From NCBI RefSeq assembly GCF_009914755.1, contig NC_060931.1: a stretch of DNA of 64,000 nt; one strand, given 5' to 3'. The first letter of the stretch is position 1; each line of letters opens with the position of its first letter. The translations under genes were made by a program, and so were the position numbers. Below, one piece after another: positions 28,948-43,919 of this stretch. Origin of the DNA: the human T2T-CHM13v2.0 reference genome, Homo sapiens. Under the pieces are notes generated by a model. The model saw only the letters and a list, made by a program, of their open reading frames with translations, ran no database searches and was not told the DNA's origin.

Positions 28948-30066
28948 AAGAGGAGGAAGGGAGTTAAAAACATGTGGGTATTAGGCACCCAGCCTTCAGG
29001 CCGACCTGTTAGGGTTTACAGAGACCATACACTTGAAACACAGCTGAGATGCATGTGAACATTGCTTTAAGACATTGGGGCCCTAATGTCCCACAAGAAA
29101 AGGCACAGACAAACTTAGTGAGCAAGATTAAGTAGAAAATGAAACCCCCACACTAAGTTTTCACTTTTTCTTTCCTAGCTGTATAAATCAGAAGCTGAGT
29201 GAAGACAACGGTTTTGCTTGCTGCTGCTGATTTTTTAAAAACAAAAGCAAAAATAACTGTGTTAATAAAGAGAATTCCAGTGCATTACACAGAGCAGATC
29301 CTCAAGCATCTGCCAGAAATTAGAGTAAAAGCAGTCATGTTATTCCAAGAGACGAGCACTAACTTTCACTCCGGCTCTGCAGAGTTCACAGGTGCTCACG
29401 CTATTCTTAATGCTGAACTTGTATGACTGTGGCCAGCACAGCCCATCCTTCAATGCTTGTGTCTTCATCAAACCTGTAGCGCTTCTCAGTGCAGGGGGCA
29501 TCCTGCATCACCTATTTCATCATTCACCTTGCTGAAATACAGACCCTGACTCAGCGGCTCTGGGTGGCGCTGGGGTGAGGGAGAGCCTGCATTTCTAACA
29601 GGCTCCAGGGACCATGCATGTCTTCAGGCTGTAATTTGACCAGCAGGTGCGAGGCAGTTGATAAGTGTCTATGGATCCTGATAACATGTTATGATTATCA
29701 TCCCTCATTACAGAGGGGGAATCTGAGTCATGAAGGGTAGGTCCTTCCCTTCACTCAACCCTTCAGTAAGTTCCATGAACTCTGGGCCCAGGAAGGACCC
29801 CATCCCTGCTCTGTCCTCACCATCCCAATGCCCCACCCTGGCCAAATAGGGCAGTGCCTCTTACAGCTCTCTCTCGGGTTCCTTTGCTTAGGTTTATGAT
29901 TCTCTCCAAAAGCTCTCCTATGTGGCTCTCAAGTCACCTTTGACCCCGCCCCTTCTTTGCTAATCCCTCCTGGTGAATTCTGTTACTTTCCCATGTCATG
30001 CTCTTTAGCCTCTCTCATTAAAGCAGAATATACTTGGATGTTGATTTTAACACAACATGTTGGTCC

Positions 30067-30366
30067 TTTTTTCTTTTTTCTTTTTTTTGAGATGGAATTT
30101 CGCTCTTGTTGCCTTGGAGGGCAACAGTGCGATCAGATCATTGCAACCTCCGCCTCCTGGGTTCAAGCAATTCTCCTGTCTCAGCCTCCCGAGTAGCTGG
30201 GATTACAGGCACATGCCACCATGCCTGGCTAATTTTTGTATTTTTAGTAGAGACAGGGTTTCATCATATCGGTCAGGCTGGTCTCAAACTCCTGACCTCA
30301 GGTGATCCACCTGCCTCAGCCTCCCCAAAGTGCTGGGATTACCGGCGAGAGCCACCGCACCCAGCC
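30067..30366 (-). mobile_element. AluS (Sx/Sq-like)
   Basis: Full antisense Alu with ctcctgacctcaggtgatcc. Confidence 0.9.
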
Positions 30367-31079
30367 ATCTTTTTCTTCTTACAGAGGAGTGTTAACACAT
30401 TCCTCTTCACTGCCATAATATAGACTGTGGATGATCTTCCTCTGCCATGTTTTGTTTTTGTTTCCTTGCTGTTTCTTATCTAGTCTGTTTCCCTGACCTC
30501 CCCCAACTTTTTAACTTTTATTACTATCTTTGAAAGTGGTTTACAATGTGGACATGTTGCTTTAGATTTCAAGAGGAGCTACTGTAGAGACATCCCAGGA
30601 ACTGTCAAACACATCAGACTTGACTTTGTGGAGATTCATCCTCGTGAGCCTCCTTCCACCCCCTTGCCAGTCTTTCTTCACTGAACCTAGAGAAGCACAG
30701 GTGCTTTCCTTTATGATCTCATCACGCACTTCTCCAACCTACAGTCGCTGGGGGGTGGGGGTGAGCAGCAGTGCAGGCTGGAGCTGCTGAGGACAGCACC
30801 ATGTCCTCAGTGGAGTGGTCTCTGTGCCAGCCAGCTGGGTGTGGAGTAAGGAGATTATTCGCACGGGGTGAGCTTGGGATGGGTGCCCTTGAGAATCCCA
30901 TCCAGCCTTGAGATTCTTTTGACATTTTTTCTTTGAAGTAATATAATGAACATGTAGCAAAGCTAATTAACAAAAAAGAGAGAGAAAAGGCATCCCAGAA
31001 ATAGAATGGAGAGAGAAATAACTACAAAGACAATGGTTACTGTAAAAGACGTTTAGAATACTGTGAACAAGTATGCGTT

Positions 31080-31225
31080 CATACTCCCTCAGAGTCTCCC
31101 AAAGCAACCCACCCTACTGACACACCGACTTCTGGCCTCTAGAACTGGGGGAAGACACGTTCTTGCTGTTTTAAGCCACCAGTCTGTGTAGTACTTTGTG
31201 AGGGCAGCTCCGGGACATGAATCCA
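31080..31225 (+). mobile_element. MLT1 LTR 3' fragment
   Basis: gacttctggcctctagaactg...tgttttaagccaccagt...gtactttgt. Confidence 0.65.
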
Positions 31226-33766
31226 GTACGCACCTTCTCCTGCTGTCAACAGCACAAGCCCACGTCAGCCCACAGCATGCAAGACAGTCTCAGCACAACA
31301 AAACCAGCACTGCTCCCAGAAACATAATTACTGGAAACATTTTAAAACTGTGCAGGGCTTCTTTTTGTTTGTTTTTTTAGGATTAGCCCTGGGATTCTGT
31401 GACCCTGTAATTTTTTTCTCCCCTTTTTGCCTAAGTTAGATCAAAGGTAATTAATAACAAATCCCCATGGCCACATGCCCAATTAAGCTCCTGGCTTTGT
31501 TTTCAGTAATCATCATCACGTGCGCAGGTCTCACCTAAGCAGCCAGCCCACCTCCCCACCCACCAGCTTCTCCTCCACAGGGAACCAAGGCTGAAAATAC
31601 TGATACTCAACAAACAGCAGACACAAAAACACCATTTCACATCCTTCAAAAGTATTTTCCCAAGTCATTAGAAGTCTTCTAAAAAGAAGAGAAAACATGA
31701 CACAGAACTGAAAGTCGATTTAAGGTTGAGAAGGTAAAAGGCAGATAGAATGGAAATGCATGTCATATTTTTGCTGAATTTCCACAGGCAATCTGAATGT
31801 GTATGATAAAAGGGACTTCCAAATTCAGCCTTTCACTTTGGGTGGTGCAGCACCCACGTTTTTCTATGAGAGGAGGTCGGAAGTCACTGTCGCCCTGTCC
31901 TCATCCCAGAGCTGCAGGCCGGGGACAGCTGCCTCATAACCCCGGCTGTCCTGTGGCTGCACTGTGACGCCACACAGGGCCCACACAGGGCGCCCGCACA
32001 CGGGACGTGCACACAGTACATTCACAGAGCACTTAGTGACAGACGGCAGGTTGGACGTGTTAGGCACAGGGACCTCACGTGGGGCTGCAGACCTCATTGC
32101 AACAAGGGACCTCCAGTCTTGTTTGGCCCACATTTTCCCTCATCCGCCCCTCGGAAGGGCCGGACGCAGCCATTTCAAATATTAATACATTTAGGGAGAA
32201 AAGTGCAATGGTAGACTCGGGAGACAAGGGATCTGAAGGAGGCTCTGCTTCCCACGGGGAGAGGAATGCAGCCAGCGAGGCGGGTGGGGGACCTGTCAGA
32301 CCCAGAGCTTGCGTGAGCAAATGTGAGGGAGACCCTTGGTACGTGCAGTGTGTCCCTCCAGATGCAGGCACCCATGAGTGGACCACGACGGGCCAGAGGC
32401 TCCGGCTCCACCTCAGCCCCATCACTGGCGAAGCAGAGGACAGTGGGCAAGGGACTTAAATCTGCTGTAAGTTTCTGTTCCCACTGATCAAAGATCATAG
32501 ATGTGCAAGCTTTGTTGTGAGTAATGTAACAACAGGAATTGCCTACCAACAGGGCAGGCTGTAAAAAATTCTTCTTGAAATACAGTCTGTGCAAAGTGTG
32601 TTATCTGTCATAATTTATAGTGGCTAAGGACATTAAATGCTTTCACATGGATAAAAAAACAGCTGCTGCTTTTGTATGGCAGAACATTCTAGATGTATCC
32701 ACTTTATGCAAACTGGGCTGTGCAAACCATAATAGCAAGGCAGAGGTCACAGGGAGGGGAGGGGCAGCACGGGGGCTGGAAAGAGAAGTGCCGCGTAAGA
32801 ATAACGGAGACAGAGACAGAATGTCAGATGGACAGAGCTGGAGGACTTTGTGGAAACACATTCCTGCTGGTGAGGAGGCCCGCCATATTGGGAGGCCATC
32901 TCAATTCCTGGGCGTCACCAAGTAAGACAGTTCCCACACCCACACCCCCTCACCCTGACCCTGATCAACCAGTTTCCTTCTGCCATCAGGGATGAACAGG
33001 TAAGGAATATTCTGGTAGCCATGAGAATGTATGAATAGATTGGCATTGGTGATTTGTAAACAAAAAAGTATTTCCAGTTAATTTCTTTCAGCAAAACCAT
33101 AAACTCAAAAATCTCTATCCTGAAGGCAGCTGCCCAGGGCAGCACAGGGCAGGCAATGAGTGTGAGACCCCACAATGCAACAGACCCTTACAAACCCCCC
33201 AAGGCCACACACCCTGGGTCCATCTGCCCTGCTGTTTCTTCAGGAAAAAACCCAGAATGGAAATGCTGGAGCCCCAGGGGCTGGAGACCGGGGAGAGGTG
33301 GCCTGTAAGGCTGTCCCATCACCATCCCCGCACGTCAGAAGCACCGTCACGTTGGAAAAGAATGACGCTTATTCCACCAGTTCTGAAGCCAGATGTCCTC
33401 ACAACCGAAGCAGCCCTGTTTGTGCTTGGGCTATGACTTGAGGGTAATTAAACTGTCAAAACACCCTCCCTACTATTTCCATTTTCTTGCAGTTGGTGTC
33501 ATTTAGTCACTGCAGGCTGACAGACTTATTACAGGATTGAGACATGAGAATGAACAGTCAGAAACCTATAAATGAACTCACCACAAATGGCTGCTGGAAA
33601 GGAAGAAAACTATCTGTCGATGGGAAAACTCCATCCACTTCAGTCACATTAAAGGAAATCATTTTTAAAGAAAACTTGAATCACATTAACACCACAGATT
33701 TCACTGACTGTCCTCCGCAATCTCTCTCTATGTATCTGTGGAATTCCATAGTTGAACTCATGACCA

Positions 33767-33930
33767 TTTTTTAGAGGCAGGGTCAAGCTATGTTGCCCAG
33801 GCTGGAGGACAGTGGCTATTCACAGGCTTAATCACAGTACACTACAGTCTTGAGCTCTTGGCCTCAAACCATCCTCTCACTTCAGCATTCTGACTGGCTG
33901 GGACTACAGGTGTATGTCACTGGGCCTGGC
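33767..33930 (-). mobile_element. FAM (fossil Alu monomer)
   Basis: Retains 7SL-like gtggctattcacagg absent from dimeric Alus; TSD ctcatgaccattt 33757-33769 / 33935-33947. Confidence 0.8.
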
Positions 33931-36900
33931 TAGCCTCATGACCATTTCACAAAAAACACTATCCAATGCTCTCTTCCCTAACTGCACCTTGATGGTCTTG
34001 CCGTACCAGCAAATTGTCTTGATCTTGACTATGAACTTTAATGGCCACATAATATTCCACAAAGAAGATGGACCATAATTCAATCATCGTTTTCTTTGGA
34101 GCTCCCTTAACCACCCCCTTGCCACATTCAATCACAGGGGCACCACACTCAGCTGAGGCCACCTCCTGCCAGCCAGCCAGCCAGCCCTTCCTTCCCCCAG
34201 GCCTACAGTGCTGCCTCAGCCTAGGCTTTTACATTTTCTCCACCGTTCTACAGTTCCTAAAGAGCAGGGAGGATTCTCACCCACACCCTCCACCTGTGTG
34301 AACACAGTGGCTGGAGCTAGTTAGCTCATGTTTTCAGAGTGAGTGAATAAATGAATGAAGACAATTTTTTCCTCTCTACCCAGGAAAACATATTGGTGGG
34401 ACCCTGCCAGCATCCTGATGGGGAAGGATTTGGGGTTGGGCATTTAGGGAGCTCTTTCTGCTGCTGCTGCATCTTGGCTGACACTATATGCATAGATTAC
34501 ACAGAATGAGGAGTGCTTTTCTGCACACCGTTTCATTTTGCAGTTAAGGTGCTGAGGTTTAGAAGGGACCGTGGCCTACCCTGGGTCTCACAGACCTCAG
34601 GCCTCTTAACTCCCTGACCAGGGCCTCTTCCTCAAACCACAGCTACTCCACACTCCTCCCACTTTCCAGCCTCTGCACAACCCGGCCAGGCCCTGAGCCC
34701 TTCGGCCAGCAGCTGCAGCCTTTGGGTCCTGGTTCCTGGGCTGGCCTGGAGCCCCACCTCTGAACCTCAGCCTCCTGCTGACTTTGCCAGCCCCTTTCCA
34801 CCACGTTCAGAGTTCTGCCCCAACCCACACCAACCCCCAGGACCACAATGCTGCCAATTTCCTCCCCTCCCCAACCAGAAGCCTCTTTGCAATGCACAGA
34901 TTCTCTGCTTTCCCATGCTCATCAGTGATGCTGGTCCCAGCAGGAGCGCCATGCGAGCCCCCCTACACCCCAGAATATGAGCCACTGCCCCCCCTGCCCC
35001 AGTGGGTGAGTCTGGGTCCTCTAAATCCCTCTGCTTTTTCATCTTCATTAACAGGCATCCCACGCCTGAACCCACTTCCCCTCTCAGACCAGCAGAGGAA
35101 AAATGGGGCTCTGCTGAAAATTCACTAACACCCACCCTGCTTTGTGCAGATGCCTGCACACCTTGGCACTGCCCGGACAGCCTCAGGCATGACATTTACC
35201 CTGTGGACCACATGGGACATTGGGATTCCTCGGCTCCTCTCTCTCCCTGGACTGCCAAACTCTGTGTGGCCCTCCTCTCAGTCCCCACGCCCCCAGGGCC
35301 CATGCCGCAGATAGTCTGGGATCTGAGCAGACAGCTGCAGCAGGGTGAAGCCACCCTCAGGGGAGGCAGGTGTCCAGACCAACAGCAGACAGGACCCTGC
35401 AGACCCCATTCTTTTGTTCACTATTACTCTGTCTAGGAAACAGCTGAATTCTTCCCAAGCTCAGCACTGTTAACAAATGATCCAGCCCTGGACCTGACAG
35501 GGAAATGATGGAAACTGTACACTACCGGGAGCCCTGGGAGCCTGCTTTCATATGACAGTCTGGATATCCTGGGATCAGCCACACCGTTGCAGGCCTGCAA
35601 GAAGTATAAAATGAAAAACGGATGGCAAACCAAGTCTACATTTTGGTCAGAGAAGATGCGCTGGGACCAGCAGCCACTCGCTGTAGAGAGCTGGGGGCTT
35701 ACTTATTCTTAATCCAAATGGCTCTTCCGTGGGAAGCCTTCCTGGAGTTGTGCACCAGATGGAGTCTCCTACTTACATGGTTTCCTAGCATTCTCAACTT
35801 TCTCTCCCTCGCACTCATGATGGTCAGTCACTATAGAGTTGTTTGCGTGAAAGCTCACACGGGTGCTGGAGCTGTGCATGCAGCGGTGACTGAGGGCAGG
35901 TGTCCAGGCTGTGCAGTGTTTTGAGCTCCTGCAGGCGCCTCAGCAGGTGTGCAGTAAATATGGGCCAAGACAGCAATTCAGGCAGGTCTGCGCTCCAGGC
36001 TGTGACTGTAGTTGTGATGTATTCCGACCCTGGTTTACCAGGCTGCAAACCTGGGAGCTCCCACAGTTCATCCAGCCTGAGGATGAGGGCCGGGCATCTA
36101 CTTGGTGCCTGAGACCATGAGTCCTGTACACAGCCCCGTGGGGAGCCCAGTGTAAACATGGAGCATTAAAGCTGGTAAAGCCCCTGGCAGGGGACCCAGG
36201 GAGAAAGTGGAGATGTGAAGCAGCCAGAGACAACTTCACTATGGGTACAACACAGAGCAGCACCTTGGAGGAAGGCATTTTCCAGGCAGAAGGAGGGCGT
36301 GTGCAGGCCTCAGTGCGATGCAGGACTAGAGAGAGGAGGTCGCTCAAACTGGACACAGAGGAGCGGGGATGGGTCTGAGGAAGCTGTGAATGCGTCCTCA
36401 GTCCTCAGCTAGGGACTGTGGACTTACACTGTGAGCCAGGTGAGCTGGCAGAGACCCTGCCGCAGAAAAATAGCACGGCCGATGTGCTTCTGTTTTTTGT
36501 TTTTTAAGACCCTTCTGATAGCCAAGTGGAAGACAGAGGAGCTGGTGGAGACCAGTGGCCAGCAGGCACTGCTCCAGGGTGAGATAAGGGATGTGGCAGA
36601 TCTAATCGCCTGGTTGCTGGGGATTCTCCCAGACAGATGGAGCGGGGTTAGGTGGGGTGTGGGGCTGTGCAGAACAGAGGGATGGGACCAGAAAGGAGTG
36701 CACATAGGGATGCATTCTCTTCTCAAAACCCTGGCATGCCAGGGTTCAAAAGAATTATGCAGCTGCAGGCACAGTCTCAGCACCTCACCTACTCACCACA
36801 AGAGCCCCAGTTCACATGAGTGGTAGACTCTGAGCTCGGCCAGGACCACGGACCAGGGACATGTGGCCTTCTGCACTGGGGGCAGTGGGGCCTCCCATGC

Positions 36901-37354
36901 CAAGTGGGGCAGGGGCTGCTCCTCCCTGTACTAAAACCTCTCTGACTGATCCAGATGAGACCCAGTGAGTGGCGGCTTTCATCTCTCATTTTAACAGAAA
37001 TTTTGCACTTTACCCTATGATGCAGCACAAATCTGAAACGATTCAAATATTTCCAAATATCAAAGGCTAAAATCCACTTACGGATTCAAAATGGTACTAA
37101 CCTGACTGTAAGTTTAAGGCACAGCTCTCAGTGAACTGCTGTGGAAAATATATATTTTTCTGAGCAACATTTTTTAAAATAAAGAAAATTCTTTCTGAAA
37201 GGAAAACCCTGTGGAGTATCTGGTGGAAAAAAGCTGTAAAAGAACAAATATGCAAATGACTTTGCATCTTGATAACAGCCTGTTCTCAGGAAAACAGAAG
37301 AGAGAAGATAATTTTCTCCTATTACATTCAATCCCTCTACTTCTCTCCTATTTA

Positions 37355-37663
37355 AAAACCACTTTATTGAGGTCTGACTGACAGGCAAAAAGCTGTGCAT
37401 GTTTAAGACCTACAACCTGATGAGTTTAAAGACAGGGGCACATCCAGAAAACCATAGCCATGCTCTATTCCATAAACATCTCTATTACCTACAAAAGTTT
37501 TCTCTGCTCTTCTTGTTATTTTTGTGTGATAAGAACATATATTAACATAAGACCTACCCTCTTAGCAAAATTTTAATTATACATTACAGTTGTATTAATT
37601 GTAGGTCCTACACTGTACAATAGATCTCTAGGACTTATTCATTTTTCTTAACTGAAACTTTGT
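37355..37663 (-). mobile_element. L1MA (L1MA9-like) 3' end
   Basis: ctttattgagg...acataagacctaccctcttagcaaaatttt...gatctctaggacttattcat...actgaaactttgta. Confidence 0.75.
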
Positions 37664-38590
37664 AAAAGCGAAGGCATCCACTGCTCCTAGAACTGACCAC
37701 CTATCCACAGTGTGCAATCAATAGACAGTCCCATCCCCAGGCTCCCAGGTGGAAACTGTGGCTGGGAGCATGGCGGTGCAGACATCAGCAACACCCCTCT
37801 GCCCAGCCTCACTCTACACCTGGCCAGAAGACCAGCGCTCTGATGAGCCGAGCCAGCCCAGCCCTCCAGGACCCTTGGCTCCCCGCTGTCATCAGAGAGC
37901 TCCCTGGCCTGTGTCCTAAGGAAGTCCACACCACCCACCACAGTATGTAGGAGTTTTAGATGGCTAAGGCAATGTTTTACAAGAATTAAGAAACAGCTAA
38001 TTCATTTTGACCCTGGGATGTCACTTTGGGTGTTATGCACTAAACAGACTACATGTGACCTGTACAAGAATGTCTATTGCTATGGTCTTTGTAAGTATTT
38101 GGAATACTAGTAACTGCACAATGAATACTTGTTGAATGCATGAATAAAAGACAAAACATGAGAAAACAAAACAAATTATCAGCAATAATAAAATATCTAA
38201 GCAAATTACCATTTAGTAACATAATTAGTATCTAGTCCAGAAGCACTAAAAATGGCAGGGGTATTACCGCTCCTACACAGAAATTTATATGTGAAATAAT
38301 GTTTAAGGAAAAGGGCAGAGAGCAAATAATACGCTTATACAAACTGCATCATATCACGTGCATATGTGGCACACTGATAACTGTAAGAATATGAGGTGAC
38401 GGGCGTGCGATATACCTTACATTTGTTATCTGCACAAATGCACAATGGAGCTGGTCATCAGAACTAAAAAAATGAATAACACACCTGAGCACTCTCTTCT
38501 GGCAGTACCCTTTCTGCAGCAGTACCCTTTATAAATGTTGGCAGACGACACACACTGTGGGGAGGAGAGACAAGGACAGGGCTGGCTGAC

Positions 38591-38727
38591 CTGGGCCGGG
38601 ATTTGGGGGCTGCCTGGTGTAGGACACATTGAAGGCTGGCTCCTCGATCAGCGGCGGGGGGTACATGCGCCTCCGGATGAAGAAGCCGGCTCCGCAGCAG
38701 AAAAGCACGCCCATCATCAGAAGGAAC
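38591..38727 (-). CDS. VOPP1: VOPP1 exon 4 (137 nt): transmembrane helix and juxtamembrane region
   Basis: cag|G acceptor and CCAG|gtcagc donor; encodes (W)FLLMMGVLFCCGAGFFIRRRMYPPPLIEEPAFNVSYTRQPPNPGP(G). Confidence 0.97.
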
Positions 38728-40959
38728 CTGAGGAGAGTACAGACGTGAGGGTGGTGCTCCCAGGTGGGGGCCCTGAGGGCTTGGCCCTACAGCTCAAAGG
38801 CCTCATGCACTCCTTGGGGGTCCGGGACCAATGACTCCCAAATGCACGAGTCAGAAGGCAAGGGCAGAGCCATGAGGCTCGCACCTCAGACTTGGTCCTC
38901 TTGGGCCCATTTTACCCAGGGACATTCCTCTAGTGGATAGCAACAAGTAGATGCTTGACCTGCGGCCTCTGGGACAGCCCCTGGTGAGGCCACCCACCCT
39001 GAAAAGCACCGTAAAAGAAAAAGCTCATGCAGTCACTTCCTCGTCCACGGCTCTGACCTCAGCTCGACATTTTAGTTAGAAGAGGAGATGCCATCTAAAT
39101 CCTGTCTGAAAGCCATGGCCGATCCAGCCTTGGCCTCGCTGTCTGTCTCTGTTTTCCATTCTTCACTGTCAAAGCACCAAGGCAGAGCACATTTATCCTC
39201 CAGACCACGTCTCCATTATCACATCAACACCCACAAGGAAACAGAAGTACCCTTCCTGGAGCACACCTTAATTACAGAGAAACTATGGGAATAGAAATAC
39301 AATCAATGAAAATAGAATCAAGAGAAATACAATCTATCAATAGAAATAAAATACAAACAATAACAGAAGCAGAGCTGAACTCTTTAAGGGTAGCACCTTT
39401 GTCCAACCCATCTGTGAATTCTCATTGACTATCACTTCATCAGCATTCAGTAAACGACTGCAGAATGAACACATGAATGGCTTCCTTCCATTCCTCACTT
39501 GCACCATACTTTTTGTTTCTAGAAAAAGAGGAGAGTCACTTTGAGAAGAACTAGTAGTAGACAAAACTGGCAAACTGGCAAACTCTTGCCCATCTCTGAA
39601 CTGAAATTATGAGGGGACCCATGGAACTGTCCAGAAGCCATGCAGACACCCACACGGTGAGGGCACCTGCTGCCCTGTGAGGATGGGCACACAGCAGAGC
39701 GGGTCGCAGTCAGTGGCACTGGTCCACATATAAAAGAAGCTCTTAAGAGCGTACGATAAAGCCTTTGAGAATATTAATGTGATGTCAAGGCCTTCAGCCA
39801 GTCCAAAAGTATTTACTGGATAATCTTGGAAGGCTGAGCAGGGAGAAAAGCCAGAGGCACGAGACAGGAATGACTCAGGAAAGACTGAAACTGTGGCCTT
39901 TGTCATCTGCCGTCTAATTCATTATTCATTCAGCAAGTCATCTTCAGGTGCCTGCTATGCCCTGTCACCATACTGATCACAGCAATGAGTAGACAGGTGA
40001 GGGGCCCCCCGACCCCGCCAACACTGAGCTTACAGAGGAGGGAGACAGATACCAACTTTTACAATTATTTATCTACAACCTGGTAAGTGCTAAAAAAGAA
40101 AAATGAGCGATGCAAGAAGAATACTGTGTGTGTGATTGGGTAAAATATACATAAATATAATTTACTATTTTAATCATTTTTAAGTGTATAATTCAGTGCA
40201 CCAAGAGGTTTGAACAAGGGTATCTGTGGTGGTGAGCAAGACTGGGAACACTGCATTTCTTTTAGTGACAGCTGGGCTGGGCTCTGAAGAATGAGAAGAG
40301 ACAAGCTGAAGGGGAAGAAGGGGCATTCTGGGTGGAAAGAACACAGAGCAGGTACTGGGGCCGGAGAAGGTGGGAGCAGGAGGCCTGGAGGCTCAGTCCC
40401 CATGATGGGCGGAGGGAGCGGCCATGGGGAGCCCGGAGACCCAAACCGTTCAGGAGTGTGGTGATGTAAGGCTTAATGTGCTCGGCATCAAGAACACTCG
40501 CTAAGTTCCCAAAGGGAACGGCTTCCTCTCCTAAAACCGATTTCCCTCAGGTGGGCTCAGTGACAGTCTTACACTCAGCACTGAGTCCTGCTGTTAGTAT
40601 CTGGGTAGAAATATACAAAGCACAGAGAGGCTGGATGTGTACAGGGTTTACTTTCTCAGAGCCACTGGCCACTTCCAAGAGACCAGGCTCGCTGGATTGA
40701 AAAATGCAGAAGGCACCTGAGATCTTAGTCTTGTCTAAAAAATAAGCTAAAATGTCGGTTCCACTGCCAACAGTAGTAAGAACATTTTGTTTTTCTACAC
40801 AAAAGGAAATGACATTGCAGCTCCCACCTTAGACTAATGGTGAGCAAGCATAAGGCGAGGCTGGAATGGAGTTACACGGGATCCACTTCATCCCTTACTG
40901 AAATCATAGTCTGATAACTTACTCTGTTCATTTATGTTTATTTTAAAAATTTATTTAAA

Positions 40960-41068
40960 ATAATTTTTGGTAGAGACGGAGTCTCACTATGTTGCCGAGT
41001 GATCTCAAATTCCTGGCTTCAGTGATCCTCCCACCTTGGCCTCCCAAAGTGCACCATTGTGCTAGGCC
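40960..41068 (-). mobile_element. Alu left monomer (FLAM-like) with deletion
   Basis: gtagagacggagtctcactatgttgcc...ccttggcctcccaaagtgc. Confidence 0.7.
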
Positions 41069-43919
41069 AAGAACTTATTTTAAAAGAGAGAAACTAACAA
41101 AGGGGCAGGAGAAAGCGCTTCTAAAAACAAGGAAAGAGACGAAGCAGGGTGTTGGCTGGGAGAGAGGAGTAGTAGTAAGAAAGGCAGTTCTTGCAGTGCT
41201 GGGGGTACGGGCTGGCTGTTCCCTAGATGTCCTCTTTGGTTGCTCAACAGGTTTTGGAAGCTTTCAAAGGGATTAAGAGAGGAAGGTTTGTGCCTTTTTT
41301 TTAACATTAGAAGTTACCTGGTTACTTTAATTCAATTTGTTTTTTGATTCCTCCCCCCGACCCCCCAGCCCCGAGTGTAGCAGTTCTCAATTCTGCAGTC
41401 CCAAGGACTGGTGCAGCTACTGTGCAAGCCCTGCCCAGACCCCACTCAGGACTCCGCATGGGACCCTGCTGTGGACTCACCCACAGTGCCACCTAGGCTA
41501 GTTCTCACTCGGGCCCACTGTGCTTTCTGAGTCCACTCAAGGGTGCCATCGGTCCACCTTCTCTACTCTTGATTCCATCCAGACCTCCTTGGTGAAAAGA
41601 TCCTCAAGATCTTGGAGTTGGCAGGAACTCTGAAGGCATTCTCTTTCAAAACCTTTGTTTTATGGTCAGGAGACACCTTCAAACGTTGTGGGGCCCAGGC
41701 AGCAGAGCAGCCCCTCCCTCCCATCCTGCCGCCACTCCTGTCCACCAAATGCTCATCCTCACCACAGAAGCTTCCCATCACCTTTTAACACATCCACTCT
41801 TCTTACACTCTGGCCCTGCAAGGTGCTGTCCCTCTGCCCCAAACGCCCTCTCTGACGACCCAGTCAAAAGCTTTGTAGCTTTCTCCAACTTTTCTGGCTT
41901 CAGAAGTTCTGTGCTCTGGCTTGAAAGTATCCACACCTCATTATCTGCTTAGACATCATCTTCTTCAGGAGTCTGCCTGCCTAAAGCCTCTCCATAAAAC
42001 CCCAGCACAATGCCTGGTGTATATCAGACCCGATGTTGATTGAGAGAGAAAATGCATGGGGTGAACCCAGGTGCCCTTTGTATTTCGGGTGGGGCACTGT
42101 AAGCTCACACCCCCAGGTGCTCCCTGGCTACAACGCCAGCTTGGAACCCTGTGTCGGAATCTCAACATTAATGACTCAGCCCCATCTTCTGGCATCTGGC
42201 ACTCAGATCTTCCAACAGCCTGACCTTATGCAATGGGACTTGTGGGAGCTTCTCCAAATGGGGCCCACCAAGTCGTCGTGTGCTGCCTCGCCAAGGTGTC
42301 CTGCCTCTGACAGGTGACCCTGGCCAGCAGCTAGGAAGCACCTGGCTGCCAGTGCAGCTACAGCTTCTGGGCAGCTCCACAGAAGCTGCCAGGCCCTAAA
42401 AGTTCAGCTGGACTTTCTCAAACTTCTCTTCTTTTTGATCATCCAATGCCTGAACGCTGACCAGCTTTTTCATTTTTTACAAGCATTCTCACGCCCTCAT
42501 CATCATTCATCTAGTGCTTTAGACCAACCCAAAATCCTTACAAGCCCGTTCACAGTTCAGGGTTTCACACTCCAGACGGTCCGCCTCCTTCCACTCCAAG
42601 GTCCCAGGAGGAGGCTCCGGAGGCAAGGCCTGCCCTGAAGCTGGGTCTTGCCCCTGACACTGGGCCCTCCTCGTCTCTGGTACTGGCCCCCTCAATCTGG
42701 AGATGCACACAGAGCCGTTAACCTTTGAACAGTCTTAGGCTACAACAATTATTCTTCTGTTACAGAGTTTTAGGAAATGGCACCTCTGCAGTGTGGGGAC
42801 CTGACACCAGCTCCCTTGTTAGGGGGGTACACCTAGGTGGGGCTTACCGGGCTGGTCCTAAGGGAGGCCTGGCCAGCAGCTGTAAGGTCAGGTGAGGCCA
42901 AGGAGGTGGTGAGGTGATGATGAAAGAAGGCATCACTATTAAAGAACATCCTCGTCACCCAACACGTGGAGTCCCCACTCCCTATAGGCTTCCCTAATCA
43001 AACCCTGGGCACAGGTGTTAAGGGAGAAAGATAAAACCGCATAAAAATTCAGGTGGCTGCTGTCACATGCTCAGTAAGGTCTTAAAGCCTCAAAAGGTCA
43101 GTAAAGTCAAAATCTTAACATCATAAAAAAGCTTGCATCATGCAGAGAGCAAACTCTAAACTTTTTTGAAGTTCACTGAAGGGCATCACCACTGCATGGG
43201 AGAAGAAGAGCAGGTGGGTACAAGAAATGCTGCTTTGGTTTATAAATCCTTTCCCACACGTGCTCTGCCACCCTCTCATCTGAAGCAATACCTGTCATCT
43301 CCAGAGTCTAACAGATGCTCGGGGCACTCCAGCAGGCGTCCTGAGGCTCCCGCCCACAGGAGGCTCCCCCCATGGAATGTGCTCCCACCCTTCCAGGATG
43401 CTGCAGGCATGGAACCAGTTCCTACTCAAGGAGCAGACTTTGGACTGCTCCGTATGCGCCCCAGAGGAGCTGGAGGCAGCTGGGTGCAGGCTGCCTATCT
43501 TGAAAGCGAAGAGTCAGCCAACACAAGATGGATGGGGAAGAGTCTGGACAATGAAAACTCGATCGCCTGCCAGTCTCAGTTGGGTGATTTTCTGATTCTT
43601 CAAGACAATCAGCCTTGGCTCCATTTCAGAAACTGGCCGAGGAGCTGCTGAAGGATGAGGCTGTTGTCCAGCCACCTTACCAGAAGCAGAGCTCTTCTTC
43701 CCACTCCAAAATCCGTGAAAACAAAAACAGGCTTCCCACAAACCCCATGCGTGCAACTGCCGGTCATGAAGCCAACCCAAACATACCCATTTTCCTGACC
43801 AAGGCTGTCCTTGAGGCCACCACCCAAGTGAAGGTGTCGCATCCAAGGCTGTGACAACACTGATGCGGGGGGGGGGGCAGAGCTCTCGGGGTAGGGAACA
43901 AGGAGGAGTTGTGACCTAC

